A DNA stretch of 64,000 bases, from the NCBI GenBank assembly GCA_963718615.1, contig OY970368.1:3040001-3104000 (forward strand), given 5' to 3'. The stretch's first letter is position 1, and each line of letters starts with the position of its first letter. This document shows positions 1 through 10,808 of the stretch, in pieces. The position numbers and the translations under genes are program-made. The notes under the pieces were generated by a model that was not told where the DNA came from, did no database searches, and saw only the letters and a list, made by a program, of their open reading frames with translations. Origin of the DNA: an uncultured cyanobacterium. GTDB taxonomy: Bacteria > Cyanobacteriota > Cyanobacteriia > PCC-9006 > JAAUQQ01.

Positions 1-305
1 GGATCATCGCGGTGCAGCGAGACCCGCTACGGGCCATGAGTCCCCTGGAAAGCTGTGCTCCGGATGCGGCGGATGCCGCCCTAGGCCAGCTCCAGCGCCT
101 GCTTAGACAGCCCGCACTCACCTGGTATAACTTAGTGCCCACCGTGCGCATGATTGTGTCGAAGGCAAAAGCTGGACAAGCGGCGCGGCGACAACTGGAG
201 GCCATGAATCCAGCCCAGCGGGAAGCCCTAGCAGTGCTGGCCACAGAACAGGAGGAGGATTCCTTTGATTGGGATAGCCATCCCCTCTATCAACGAGGGT
301 TTTAG
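1..305 (+). CDS. hypothetical protein, C-terminal part (5'-truncated by window edge)
   Basis: Frame open from the window edge (IIAVQRDP...) to TAG at 303-305; convergent 4-bp overlap with trmFO stop. Confidence 0.6.
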   Translation, partial: IIAVQRDPLRAMSPLESCAPDAADAALGQLQRLLRQPALTWYNLVPTVRMIVSKAKAGQAARRQLEAMNPAQREALAVLATEQEEDSFDWDSHPLYQRGF

Positions 306-1702
306 GTGAGGGCGAGGACCTGGGGGACTTGGGGGAACTGGGGGGTTGGCTGAAGCTCGGTTTGATGCCAGGTTTGCAGGTCGGCGAGGGCGCGATCGCG
401 ATACTGTCCATAGCGTTCTCGCTTGTCGCGAACTTTCTTCGCTAATTCAGGCAAAATGCCAAAATTAGGCGGCATGGGCTGAAAATGCTTGGGCGACGCC
501 GAGCTAATAAATTCAAACAGCGCCCCAGACATTAGCGTTCCGGGCAACACCACAGGCTCTAAGCCTCGGGCTAGCCTTGCCGCATTCGTCCCGGCGAGCC
601 AGCCGCCTGCGGTGGCTGCGGTGTAGCCTTCGGTACCCACCAATTGACCAGCGGCGAGGAGCGTCGGTCGTTTGTGAAATTGCAGCGTGGGTTTGAGCAA
701 TTCCGGCGCATTGATGAACGTATTGCGATGCATGACACCCATGCGCACAAACTCCGCATGTTCCAGGCCCGGAATCATCCGAAATACCCGCGCCTGCTCG
801 CCCCAGCGTAAATTCGTCTGGAACCCCACCAAATTCCAAAGCTGTCCGGCTTTATCTTCCTGCCGGAGCTGAACCACAGCATAGGGCTTTTTGCTCTTGT
901 TCTCTGGAGCCCGAAAATCCCCCAGTCGCGCATCAAACAACCCCACGGGCTTGAGGGGTCCATAGCGCATGGTGTCTTCGCCCCGCCGGGCCTGTTCTTC
1001 AATCGGCAAGCAACCTTCAAAAAACTTCGCCGTTTCCCGCTCAAAATCCTTTAGCTCCGCCTGTTCCGCTTCACAAAGGGCCTGCCAAAAGCGCAGATAT
1101 TGCTCCCGGTCCATGGGGCAGTTGAGATAGGCAGCTTCTCCGCGATCATAGCGAGAGGCCCGAAAGGCAATCTCCTGATTAATCGACTCACCAACGACAA
1201 TTGGGCTGGCCGCGTCAAAAAAACTGCAATAGTCCTGGCCCGTCAAGGCTTGCAGGTCTTCCGCCAGGGCTGGACTGGTGAGGGGACCGGTTGTCAGAAC
1301 AACAATACCTTCCGCCGGAATTTGCAGAACTTCCTCCCGTCGTAGGGTCACCAACGGATGACCAGAGACCGTCTCCGTAAGTTCCTGACTGAAAACACCC
1401 CGATCCACTGCCAATGCACCGCCCGCAGGCACCGCATGTTCCTGGGCTTTGGCGATTACGATTGAACCCAACTGCCGCAGTTCTTCATGGAGCAACCCCG
1501 CCGCCCGATCCGTCGCCATGGCCCCAAAAGAATTGCTACAGACCAGCTCGGCGAAGTATTCCGTATGATGGGCTGGGCTTTGGCGCAGCGGACGCATTTC
1601 GTGCAGGATAACCGGAAGCCCCGCCTGGGCAATTTGCCATGCGGCTTCAGTTCCAGCTAGACCAGCACCAATCACATGAATGGGAGCGAGAGAATCAGAC
1701 AT
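302..1702 (-). CDS. trmFO: methylenetetrahydrofolate--tRNA-(uracil-5)-methyltransferase TrmFO
   Basis: [15 protein letters not shown] motif, [34 protein letters not shown]; ATG at 1702 preferred. Confidence 0.95.
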   Translation of the reverse strand: MSDSLAPIHVIGAGLAGTEAAWQIAQAGLPVILHEMRPLRQSPAHHTEYFAELVCSNSFGAMATDRAAGLLHEELRQLGSIVIAKAQEHAVPAGGALAVDRGVFSQELTETVSGHPLVTLRREEVLQIPAEGIVVLTTGPLTSPALAEDLQALTGQDYCSFFDAASPIVVGESINQEIAFRASRYDRGEAAYLNCPMDREQYLRFWQALCEAEQAELKDFERETAKFFEGCLPIEEQARRGEDTMRYGPLKPVGLFDARLGDFRAPENKSKKPYAVVQLRQEDKAGQLWNLVGFQTNLRWGEQARVFRMIPGLEHAEFVRMGVMHRNTFINAPELLKPTLQFHKRPTLLAAGQLVGTEGYTAATAGGWLAGTNAARLARGLEPVVLPGTLMSGALFEFISSASPKHFQPMPPNFGILPELAKKVRDKRERYGQYRDRALADLQTWHQTELQPTPQFPQVPQVLALT

Positions 1703-1830
1703 GAGCGTTGAAATAAGCGGGCAGAAGGCGATCGCCACCTAAAACTAGGCATTGAGGCTACTGTTCAGTATAGAGATTATTCCAGGCGTTATTTCAAACG
1801 CAATGCCAGGGGATTGTCCAGGCGAGCGGC

Positions 1831-2742
1831 TCACACCGACTTTTTCTTCGCGTCCTGGTCGATAATCGCCATGGCAACGTAGTAATAAACCGTAAACATA
1901 ACGCTAGCAAAAATCTGTCCGCCCCAAGCACCATGCCAAAACTCAAAGGATTTTTCACCCCAATAGACCGCTGCATTGGCTAACAGCATGATGCGAGGAA
2001 TATTGAAAATTAGCGAGATTGCAATACCCGAAAGAATGAGCTGAGCCGTTTGCGAGCCTTTCAGCTTCATAAACAGCCCTAAAATCAACCCTGTCCCCGC
2101 CAATGTAAACGCCATGGCAAAACCATTGCAGCCCGGTGCGACCAAGACTGAACCTTCAGGTAAGTTCACATAGGCCGATTGCGAAGTCGCGGCTTGACCT
2201 ATGGCTTGCAGGCCTAAACTGCCGGTCCAAGCCATCAGCCTCTCTAAAGATTCATGGGGCGTTACCAGGCGAAAAATTCGGATAGCAATAAATTGTAAAT
2301 TAGGATAAATGCTAATTAAAACCAAGAGCGCGTGAAATCCATGGCGCTTAAAAAACTTCAGCCCCCAGGTACTCAGCGTCATGCCCATCAAAACCCAAGC
2401 AAATACCAGGGCTTGAAACGAAACCGAATTATAAATAAAGGGAAAAACTAAAACACCACCCACAATTAAAAGATGCCCTAAAAGCTCATCTTCTTCGTTG
2501 GCGGACCAGCGGGTGAGGCGATCGCGATCATTCCAGAACGCCTGCGCCGCCAAGGCAATAAAGCCAAAATTAATAATGCAATCGGAGGCACCCTCATGAA
2601 TTTGGCGAAAAATTGTGCCCAACCAAGTGGGTAGAAAAGCAAGCCCAACCATGCTGCCGAGCAGGATTAAAAAACGGTGAGGGCTGGTAAAACTAGAACG
2701 AAGATAACGGAGGAATACAGTAGGTAGCGTATTCAAGGTCAT
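1831..2742 (-). CDS. crtC: cyanoexosortase C (exosortase-family transpeptidase; not the carotenoid enzyme CrtC)
   Basis: Multi-TM protein with exosortase Cys/Arg/His triad (APGCNG, NIPRI, FWHG); neighbours are an HpsJ-like gene and a PTPA-CTERM gene. Confidence 0.8.
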   Translation of the reverse strand: MTLNTLPTVFLRYLRSSFTSPHRFLILLGSMVGLAFLPTWLGTIFRQIHEGASDCIINFGFIALAAQAFWNDRDRLTRWSANEEDELLGHLLIVGGVLVFPFIYNSVSFQALVFAWVLMGMTLSTWGLKFFKRHGFHALLVLISIYPNLQFIAIRIFRLVTPHESLERLMAWTGSLGLQAIGQAATSQSAYVNLPEGSVLVAPGCNGFAMAFTLAGTGLILGLFMKLKGSQTAQLILSGIAISLIFNIPRIMLLANAAVYWGEKSFEFWHGAWGGQIFASVMFTVYYYVAMAIIDQDAKKKSV

Positions 2743-2861
2743 GGCTGATTCCTAGAAGACGGGGTGGGTTGGGTTCAATTGCCTAAATTCAGCACAATTC
2801 AGCACAACTCAACCCACAGGCAATTGTAGTCAGGCTCAGTAAGGACTCAAGCGCGATCGCC

Positions 2862-3467
2862 CTAGACTCGATCCTTAGGGGGCTTCATGCCATACCGACC
2901 CAAGCCTAGCAATGCTAGACCCACAACCGCTAGATTGCCCACACTGGCAATGCCTGCGCGAAAGATACCGGTTTTAGCATTTTGTTGCAGACTGTCCGAT
3001 CGTTGAGAAAGCTGCTGCAAGGCCGTTTCTAACTGTTCCGGCGTCACTTGGCCACTGAGTTCAGGATTGGACCGCGCCTGTTGAATTTGGGTTTCTAGCT
3101 GAGTCGCCTGGGTGGTAATCCGGCTCAGGGTTTGTTTTTGCAGTGTGCTGCTGTCTCGAATGACCAAAATGCAAGAAAGCTGAAAGATCACGCCTAGGGC
3201 TAAACAGAAAGCGGCAAAACGTCTGCGCCAGTTGCGAAACTCCATAAAGCCATACATCAGTAGGGCTAAACCGAAGAGGAGAATAATGCTGCGATCGCCC
3301 ACCTGTTGAAAGAAACTCACGCGCCATTCCAGCGCACCAAAATTAATGGGGTAGCTCAATACAAATAGATCAACCGCAAAGCCTGCAAGGCAAGCAATGC
3401 CAATGAGCCTGCAAAGGGCTTTGCCGCTGTAGTTAGTTGTTGTTGTGGGCGCGGAAATAGTGGCCAT
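2862..3467 (-). CDS. hpsJ: HpsJ-like membrane protein, cyanoexosortase-associated
   Basis: 3 TM, coiled-coil periplasmic stretch, C-terminal TM; W-x5-QQVGDRSII pattern; directly upstream of exosortase. Confidence 0.7.
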   Translation of the reverse strand: MATISAPTTTTNYSGKALCRLIGIACLAGFAVDLFVLSYPINFGALEWRVSFFQQVGDRSIILLFGLALLMYGFMEFRNWRRRFAAFCLALGVIFQLSCILVIRDSSTLQKQTLSRITTQATQLETQIQQARSNPELSGQVTPEQLETALQQLSQRSDSLQQNAKTGIFRAGIASVGNLAVVGLALLGLGRYGMKPPKDRV

Positions 3468-3650
3468 AGGATTATTTGTAACTTGTAAAAGTCACTATAA
3501 AAAGTGATTTCGTTCAGTATATTCAAGGAGAAAGAGTCTTAATCCGGATAGACTTAGAGTAAAAATCTAAGATGATACGGGAAAAGAGAAGCTGCCAATA
3601 CTTGAGACTAGGGAAGCCAAACGTTACCCTAAACCAGGTAATTTTTTCTC

Positions 3651-3687
3651 AAAATTAAGCAGGGTAGAGAAACCTCGTACCCTACTG
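3651..3687 (-). terminator. putative intrinsic terminator of the PTPA-CTERM gene
   Basis: Minus-strand stem AGTAGGGTA...TACCCTGCT followed by TAATTTT, ~50 nt after the stop. Confidence 0.5.
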
Positions 3688-3736
3688 AATGGTTAAGAGT
3701 CATTTGGCTGATTGAGCCGATGCTGTTTCCCTAAGC

Positions 3737-4369
3737 TTAAGCTGCGTTTTCCAACTCTTCGCGACGCTTGCGCAGGAGCGCTAAGCCCATGCCAATTACA
3801 CCGGGAAGCAACGCAGGTGTTGGCACAGCCTGGACCTCAACATTTTGATTTTGAGTTCCGCTAACACTCGTAAAAGCGTTGCCTAATGTGTCGGCAGCGC
3901 TCAAGAATGTCAAATCAAAATCGGCCAACCCATCGTTTTGAAGAGCCTTTACGTTAAACAGATAAGAAGCAATTGGAACACTAAATGAATCAGGTGCGAT
4001 GGCTGCACCCGTTTGCTTAAAGGTCAACGAGGTTGAAGTTGCTGCAGTTGGAATAATCCCAGTAAAGCCAGCCGTTGCAGAAAAACTGCTGAGTCCCAAC
4101 TCTAGCCCAGAATCCCAGGAAACCTTGTACTCGACTTCACCCAACTTATCGTCATCCGCAAGACCAAAAGTTTCTAGAAAGATATCAAACTTGATTGTAT
4201 CTCCGAGATTAACTGCCAAGTCTTTGATGGAATCTCCATCCAACGATGTACCGGTGGGTTTGAAGGTTAAGCTCAGGGCATTGGCGGGAGCAACATGAGC
4301 GAGGCTCATTGCGCTTGTCACGGCGGCGGCAGCGAGCGCAGATGTCCAAAATTTGGTTGTTGTGTTCAT
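3737..4369 (-). CDS. PTPA-CTERM sorting-domain surface protein (PEP-CTERM variant)
   Basis: Signal peptide (APANA/L), Ser/Thr-rich body, C-terminal VPTPALLPG + TM + RKRR. Confidence 0.9.
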   Translation of the reverse strand: MNTTTKFWTSALAAAAVTSAMSLAHVAPANALSLTFKPTGTSLDGDSIKDLAVNLGDTIKFDIFLETFGLADDDKLGEVEYKVSWDSGLELGLSSFSATAGFTGIIPTAATSTSLTFKQTGAAIAPDSFSVPIASYLFNVKALQNDGLADFDLTFLSAADTLGNAFTSVSGTQNQNVEVQAVPTPALLPGVIGMGLALLRKRREELENAA

Positions 4370-4735
4370 TATTCTACCTACATGGGGTCGTAAGACAGTA
4401 GCGACTGGATCTCAGCAATTGCGACTAGGAGAAAGCCGTAAACACTTAGAGATACCAGGAGGTAGATGATGAAAAGCTGAATCCCGACTCGGAAGGATGA
4501 TGAGGAACAAAACATCTCACAGAGTGGTCTTTGTCAACCAGCCCTAGAGCGATAGACTAGTAAGCCTCAGAATTCTGTCCTAAAAGTATAGTATTCAATC
4601 CTACGGAGAACGGCAATTGATCTTGCCTAGCTTCACGGAGGCTTTATAGAGCGTTTATGGTATTTCTTGAAACAAGTTCTCTGGGTTCGTTGTTTCAGCG
4701 ATCGCGCCAGCATTTATCCATCCAGACGTCAACGC

Positions 4736-5890
4736 TTAGAGAGGTTTGAAGCGCTGTTTGAGCAACGTCTGAATCGCTTTCTGGGTCTGAGACAGAGAAA
4801 ATAGCATTTGGGCTTTTTTTCGTCCAGTCTCTGCCATCCGTTGTGTTTTGCTGAGTTCAGCTTGACATTGTTGCAGAGCCTGAGACAGCTCAGCAACGTT
4901 GCTGGGTTGAGTTAGCCAACCGGTAATTCCTGGTTCAATTAATTCAACTGCACCCCCTGCTGCCGCTGCAATAACGGGTTTCCCACATAGCATGGCTTCG
5001 ATAATCACTCGGCCAAAGGGCTCTGGAGCAGTAGAAGAATGAACGACAACATCGCAGATTGTCATTAACGTGGGAATATCAGAGCGAAACCCTAGAAGCT
5101 TGACCCGTGTTTGCAAGTCAAGCTGCTCAATTTGCTGTTTGAGTTGGATTACGTATTCTTCTTCTCCGAACAGCGCTTCTCCGACGAGGAGTACTATGAA
5201 ATGAGAGGGACAAGTGGCCAATGCTTCTAGCAAAATATGTTGCCCTTTCCAAGGAGAAAGCCGACTAAAGTGGCCAATCACAAACTGTTGATCAGCGATG
5301 CCTAAAGTTTCGCGCAATTGCTGGCACTGTTCAGCCTCTGTAAGGTATTGTTGAGGATCAAAACCGTTATAAACGACTTGACACAGTTCTGGTTTCCCTC
5401 CAGCGGCAATAAAGGCGGCCCGAGTGGCCTTGGAATTGGCAATAATTAAATCTGTAAAGTGATTGGCTAGAAAAACAGCTAGTCGTAGATTGGTCAAACT
5501 AAAATGGTCGGTTGATAAAATATCTCGCTGATGGTGAATTAGAGGCTTGCGAGCGATCGCCTTTGCTAGTGCGCCCACCACAAATGCTTTTTGTGTATTG
5601 CTATAAATCAAATCATACTGGCGGCTTAGCTGAAGCACTTGCCAAACCAACGGTAACAAGCGAGTGGCACTTCCGAAAAGGCTCTGAATGAAACTGCTAG
5701 ACTTTTGTACCTGTAACGGGCCTTGCGCCAAAACCCGAACTGGAATGTTCTGGGCTTCTAGGCGATCGCGAAAGGGACCATCTTGAAAGAGCCCCACAAG
5801 ACAATCGTTTTTGTAAAAATCAGCTAGATCTAGCAGGGACAGTTCAGCTCCCCCTAATTTCCCACTTTGGTCTAGAAATAAAATACGCAT
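4736..5890 (-). CDS. glycosyltransferase family 4
   Basis: GGAELSL N-terminus, RLSPWKGQ, PEPFGRVIIEAM motif. Confidence 0.92.
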   Translation of the reverse strand: MRILFLDQSGKLGGAELSLLDLADFYKNDCLVGLFQDGPFRDRLEAQNIPVRVLAQGPLQVQKSSSFIQSLFGSATRLLPLVWQVLQLSRQYDLIYSNTQKAFVVGALAKAIARKPLIHHQRDILSTDHFSLTNLRLAVFLANHFTDLIIANSKATRAAFIAAGGKPELCQVVYNGFDPQQYLTEAEQCQQLRETLGIADQQFVIGHFSRLSPWKGQHILLEALATCPSHFIVLLVGEALFGEEEYVIQLKQQIEQLDLQTRVKLLGFRSDIPTLMTICDVVVHSSTAPEPFGRVIIEAMLCGKPVIAAAAGGAVELIEPGITGWLTQPSNVAELSQALQQCQAELSKTQRMAETGRKKAQMLFSLSQTQKAIQTLLKQRFKPL

Positions 5891-5908
5891 GGGGAAAGCA
5901 CCGTTGAA

Positions 5909-6910
5909 CTATACCCTGAGATAGTTTTTCGGAATGTAGCGACCTAAACCCTTAAGCTGCTCCCTCCAGGTTACACAATCTCGGACCGACTCAGGTAATT
6001 CTTGGGCAAAATTAGCAAGCTGCTGTTGAGAAAGGGGCGATCGCCCTCCAAAAAAAGGATGCTTAGGACGACGGCTAAAATAACCAAAAAAGATCGCCGA
6101 GCGATCCTGCTGCCGGGGGGGGCAGCCGCGATGATAAAACGTTGCTGGGTCTAAAAAGAGAACCGTCCCTTGGACGCCTGAATAGGAATGGTACCAATTG
6201 TGATCTTCCCGCCCTAATAGGGTTTGAAGTTCCGAAGTTCGAAAAACTTGATACTTTTGTTGGGCCTTTTGCAAAATTTCCTCATTGATCGCAGGATGCA
6301 CACATTCAAAGGGTCCTCCCGCTGGAGTGACTTCATGGAGATAAACACACACCTTGAGCATCTTCCAGTCTTCTTTGTCGCGATGCCATTTTCGGGGTCC
6401 CGCTTCCCGGCAATCGGCAACACTGTGATAGAACGAGAGGCCATCGTAGGCCACCGGCAAACCCAGATAGGCTTCGGCAATTTTTAAGATTTTTTCAGAG
6501 GCTCCCCAGTGCAAAAGAACTGGATGTTGTAACAGTTGCTGGGCCGTTGCCGTGAGCGTGTGTTTGCCTGCATAACGGGGCCAAGTGGCTTGTTCGGCCA
6601 GTTCCTGAGACACCGCGAGGGCTGCCGCTAAAAACGCTGGGGTTTGTTCGATTTGGAGGGCCGCTAAGGAAGTAACGGCGACGCCCGTGTGACGTATGGC
6701 TTCTACGATGTTGAGTTCATCTGGAGCAAGGAGGGGAAGATGAGAACCATAACGCTGCAAAAAGGCTTGATAGCGAGGATAGAGAATGCCTCGCTCAACG
6801 GTGTCCCAGTTGGCAATGGCAAAAGCCAAATCGGAAGGCAGACTGAGTCCTTGCTGAAGACAGCGATCGGCCAGTTGATAGCAGCGATCGAGTGAAGATC
6901 TGAGCATCAT
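5909..6910 (-). CDS. 2OG-Fe(II) dioxygenase (PhyH-like fold)
   Basis: HxD (WHRDKED), KVCVYLHEV..GGPF, distal His (YHRG), Arg in DRSAIF; ATGA-coupled to the upstream GT stop. Confidence 0.7.
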   Translation of the reverse strand: MMLRSSLDRCYQLADRCLQQGLSLPSDLAFAIANWDTVERGILYPRYQAFLQRYGSHLPLLAPDELNIVEAIRHTGVAVTSLAALQIEQTPAFLAAALAVSQELAEQATWPRYAGKHTLTATAQQLLQHPVLLHWGASEKILKIAEAYLGLPVAYDGLSFYHSVADCREAGPRKWHRDKEDWKMLKVCVYLHEVTPAGGPFECVHPAINEEILQKAQQKYQVFRTSELQTLLGREDHNWYHSYSGVQGTVLFLDPATFYHRGCPPRQQDRSAIFFGYFSRRPKHPFFGGRSPLSQQQLANFAQELPESVRDCVTWREQLKGLGRYIPKNYLRV

Positions 6911-8118
6911 CGTTTGGGGTTTCCGTTTCCATAACAAAGCAGGTGACTCAGGGCCGTTTCTGAGGCTGGCGTCACCACCGATTGCAAAATCTGCTGAATT
7001 TCCTGGTTCGTCTTGTGTAAATCAAACGTTTCTCTGGCGATGCAATAGCCCTGGTGAGCGATCGCCCGCGCTGCGTCGTAATGTTGATAACAATGATGAA
7101 TAGCTGCTGCTAGTTCCTGGGGATTATTAGGGGGCACCAGCCAACCGGTTTGTCCCGGTTTGACAAACTCTAGCGGCCCCCCTGCTGCTGCTGCAATCAC
7201 GGGAATTTTGCATAGCATGGCTTCAGCGACCACACGCCCAAAGGGCTCAGGGGCAGTGGGCGTATGCACAATCAGTTGGCAGGCGGACATCAAAGGTACA
7301 ATATCGGATTGAAATCCGGCCCAATGCACCCGATGCTGAAGATGGAGCGCCGCAATTTTTGCTTGTAAGGCTTGAAAATAAGCCTGTTCACCAAATAAAA
7401 CATCCCCGACTAAAATCGCAATCACGTTATTGGGGCAATACTGAAGTGCTTCGATCAAAACATGTTGTCCCTTCCAATCGGCAATCCGGCTAAAATTGCC
7501 GATTCTAAAATAAGATTCGGCGGAGCTGGGGGTGGAGATTAACGCTTGTAAAGGGCTTGGCTGGGGAAGATAGCGATATTGTTCTAGATCAAAGCCGTTA
7601 TAGACCACGTCCAAAAGCTCTGCCCGTCCGCCCGCTGTAATAAAAGCCTGAGCGGTCGCCTGAGAATTAGCAATTACTTTTGTGGCGCTCTGATTGGCTA
7701 ACACGACTAAAAGCTGTTGATTAAACGGGCTAAAATGCTGCTTGCAGAGTATGTCATGAAGATGATAAACCAAGGGGCAACGACCCAGATGACTGGCTAA
7801 TGCGCCAACGACTAACGCTTTAGGTGTATTGGCATAAATCAAGTCATAGTGCTGACTCAACGTCGCGATTTGCTTGGCTAAGGGCAAAATCTGGCGAAAC
7901 GAACCGAGGCCTTGAACCCAACCGCTCGACTTTTTGACGGAGATGTCTTGAGCTCCTAAAATTTTCACGGCAATGCCTTCTGCTTGCAAGGAGAGATGCA
8001 TCGGTCCATCCTCAAACAAGCAGACCAGGGATTGCTCGCGGTAAGCTTTCGCAATATCCAGGAGGCAGAGCTCTGCCCCCCCTGGACTTGCACTTTGATC
8101 CAGGAAGAGAATTCGCAT
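6907..8118 (-). CDS. glycosyltransferase family 4 (paralog of 4736-5890)
   Basis: Same MRILFLDQS start; PEPFGRVVAEAM motif. Confidence 0.92.
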   Translation of the reverse strand: MRILFLDQSASPGGAELCLLDIAKAYREQSLVCLFEDGPMHLSLQAEGIAVKILGAQDISVKKSSGWVQGLGSFRQILPLAKQIATLSQHYDLIYANTPKALVVGALASHLGRCPLVYHLHDILCKQHFSPFNQQLLVVLANQSATKVIANSQATAQAFITAGGRAELLDVVYNGFDLEQYRYLPQPSPLQALISTPSSAESYFRIGNFSRIADWKGQHVLIEALQYCPNNVIAILVGDVLFGEQAYFQALQAKIAALHLQHRVHWAGFQSDIVPLMSACQLIVHTPTAPEPFGRVVAEAMLCKIPVIAAAAGGPLEFVKPGQTGWLVPPNNPQELAAAIHHCYQHYDAARAIAHQGYCIARETFDLHKTNQEIQQILQSVVTPASETALSHLLCYGNGNPKR

Positions 8119-8268
8119 CGCTATGGAAACATAACCTCTTTCGGAAACTGAAGTAACCTTTGTTGCTTTTGTATGCGTGGAAACACGCTTAGATGGCCTG
8201 ACTTTTCCTTCTGGGGATCAACTGACTATCCGGACTCCTTTGCGCAGCAAAGATAAGCCTCTTGGTAT

Positions 8269-9441
8269 TCACGATGAAACTGGCTGCAACAAGACCTTTT
8301 GGATCCTTGGTGCGATCAGGTGCCAATCAAAGTGTTCTACGGCATAGGTTCGACAATCCGCCCGAGAGGGTAGCTGGTCGGGATGGAGCAGTAATTGAAT
8401 CAGGCGATCGCCAATGCCTTTCACACCCTTATTCTCTGTAACTAAATTAACATCAAATGGTCGCAAAACCTCTGGCATTCCACCGACTGGCGTGGAGAGA
8501 ACCGGCGTGCCACTGGCTAGGGATTCCAGCAGAATTAATCCAAAACCTTCAAGGGATTGACTCGGGACTACCGTCAAATCTGCGGCTTGATAGCAGAGGG
8601 GCAGATCTTCGTCCGGCACATAGCCTAAGAATCGAACTTGTTGATTCAATCCCAGTGCTTCAACCTGTTGCTCTAACCTGTGGCGTTGAGGGCCTTTGCC
8701 GGCGATCGCCAACCAGATATCGGGAATTTCTTGCTTCACACCCACTAGGGCTTCAAGCAGTTTATCGATTCCCATGCGTTGGACAAGACGTCGTGGGGTA
8801 AACAGAATGAGGCGATCGCTCGGAAACTGCATTCGAGCACGGGCCTCTGCACGGGAGAGATTAGCTTGAAAATGGCGCGTGTTAATGCCCCCAGGGATAA
8901 CATGGATTTTGTGCCAGGGAACGCCGTATTCGCAATGGAGGATCTGGCCAAAGGCTTGGCTGAGGACAATAAAACGATGGCATTTGCCATAGACCTGTTG
9001 CTCAAACCAACGTTTGGCCTGCACCCCCAACGAGTTTTGAGCTTCCCGCTGGCCTTCAGACGCCCAAGGCCCATGGAATGTAAACGTGATCGGGATGCCT
9101 TCGGGGATCTGATTCAGAATCGGCCAGCTATACAGAGATAAATGAAGATTGACAGCATCGGGGTGCTGAATATGACGATGTTGAAACTGTTGATGGGTCT
9201 GCCAAAGGCGTTGGACCAACGGACTGGTCGCGCAAGCCAGGGAGGTCAGCCAAAATTCAGTCGATTCAAGCGGCTGTTGATGGTGGGCATAACACAACTC
9301 AACTTGTTCTGAGATCGGAGCGAGTTGATGGGTGAGTTCATAAACATAGCGGTTGAGTCCCCCCGGTTGCTCTGGAAACCAACCCATGCCCACACTCAGA
9401 ATTTTGGAGGATGGATTCACAAATTCTCTAAAAAGATTCAA
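8269..9441 (-). CDS. glycosyltransferase family 4
   Basis: GGLNRY, TFHGPW, LEGFGLILLESLASGTPV. Confidence 0.92.
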   Translation of the reverse strand: MNLFREFVNPSSKILSVGMGWFPEQPGGLNRYVYELTHQLAPISEQVELCYAHHQQPLESTEFWLTSLACATSPLVQRLWQTHQQFQHRHIQHPDAVNLHLSLYSWPILNQIPEGIPITFTFHGPWASEGQREAQNSLGVQAKRWFEQQVYGKCHRFIVLSQAFGQILHCEYGVPWHKIHVIPGGINTRHFQANLSRAEARARMQFPSDRLILFTPRRLVQRMGIDKLLEALVGVKQEIPDIWLAIAGKGPQRHRLEQQVEALGLNQQVRFLGYVPDEDLPLCYQAADLTVVPSQSLEGFGLILLESLASGTPVLSTPVGGMPEVLRPFDVNLVTENKGVKGIGDRLIQLLLHPDQLPSRADCRTYAVEHFDWHLIAPRIQKVLLQPVSS

Positions 9442-9902
9442 TCGACGATAAGCAGACTGGCCGATGGCTCCAGCCCCTTCAGTGATTTCACACTTTTTAA
9501 GAAGAATCAGGATTGTTCTGCTACATTGCGTGACTACGGTTAAGGAAATAGAGCCGACAGGGAGAAAAGCGATCGCCCAGTCTGGGCACTGCGATCAAAA
9601 CAGTCCATAACAAAAACAGTCTATTCACTGATGGGGCGATCGCTTAGGTTTAAGCCTGAATTTATTCTTCCATTTGCGTCAGTTGGCTTTCTACCGTATT
9701 GATCGCCGCATTCAACGCCGCCAAACGGGTTTCAAGGTTATCCCGCATCATTTTTAGAAAGGAAAGCTTACGCTCTTGCTGCTGTTTGCGAGAGGGTGTT
9801 TCGGAACAGCCGCAGGGAAAGAATGGAAAAAACATAGGAATTCGCGTCTGGGTTAAGGGACCTTCTTTAAGCTTAGCGAGATTTTTTGAGAACTACCGGT
9901 CG

Positions 9903-10508
9903 CTAAACAACCTGGTCCAAGTTGTCTATTTCTAGGCTGCAGTCTTGGGTGAGCGCTTCCCGTAAAAGGACGGCATATTCACGATCGCTAATGACATAGG
10001 CCCCAAATCGCTCCAGGTGGGGATTGGTCATCTGAGCATCAAAGAGCACAAAATCCTGAGCCCGTAGACGATTGACCAGCTCGACCATGGCTACCTTAGA
10101 CCCCTCAGGAACGCTAAAAAACATCGACTCCCCAATAAAAGCCCCGCCGATGACAATGCCCAAAATACCGCCTGCTAGGCGATCGCCCTGCCAGGTTTCA
10201 AAACTATAGGCCCAGCCCTCTCGGTAGAGCAAATGATAAATAGCCTTGAGTTCCTCTGAGATCCAAGTGACTTCTCGATTGGCACAGCCCTCCACCACCG
10301 CTTCAAAATCACGGTTAATAGCCACCTCAAACCGCTGTTGGTTGAGGACCCTCTGGAGGGATTTCGGATAGCGAAAGCGATCGTCCAAGGGAATAATGGC
10401 GCGTTTACGGCTGGTATACCAACCCAGGCTGCCATCTTCTTCATCGGCCATGAGAAAGTATCCCTGGGCATAGCCTTCAATAATTTGGGTTGCGCTGGTC
10501 TCTATCAC
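9903..10508 (-). CDS. aat: leucyl/phenylalanyl-tRNA--protein transferase
   Basis: GYFLMAD, TWIS, AFIGESMF, SKVA, DAQMTNPHLERFGA. Confidence 0.93.
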   Translation of the reverse strand: MIETSATQIIEGYAQGYFLMADEEDGSLGWYTSRKRAIIPLDDRFRYPKSLQRVLNQQRFEVAINRDFEAVVEGCANREVTWISEELKAIYHLLYREGWAYSFETWQGDRLAGGILGIVIGGAFIGESMFFSVPEGSKVAMVELVNRLRAQDFVLFDAQMTNPHLERFGAYVISDREYAVLLREALTQDCSLEIDNLDQVV

Positions 10509-10808
10509 GGTTAGTGTTTAGGAGGTCTAGGCAGTCTGGATCAGCATCCTGGCCCTTGGCATGGAATCGGCATGTAACTGCCATGCAATCCACATGAGAC
10601 AAGGGAAAACCGGTCAAAAATTGGGGGAGCCCCCCAGTGCAATCCAATCTGTTCCGTATTGCGTCTATTTTGCGCTGGAACGGTACAAAATAGCCACCCG
10701 TTGCAGAGGATTAAGCGTAGCCAAGGGAACTTAGTCCCGCTGAATCTTCAGGCTAAAATAGTAGCAATTGTAAAGAGCAGCACGCTGTGTCTAAGGAGTT
10801 TTCTGTTC

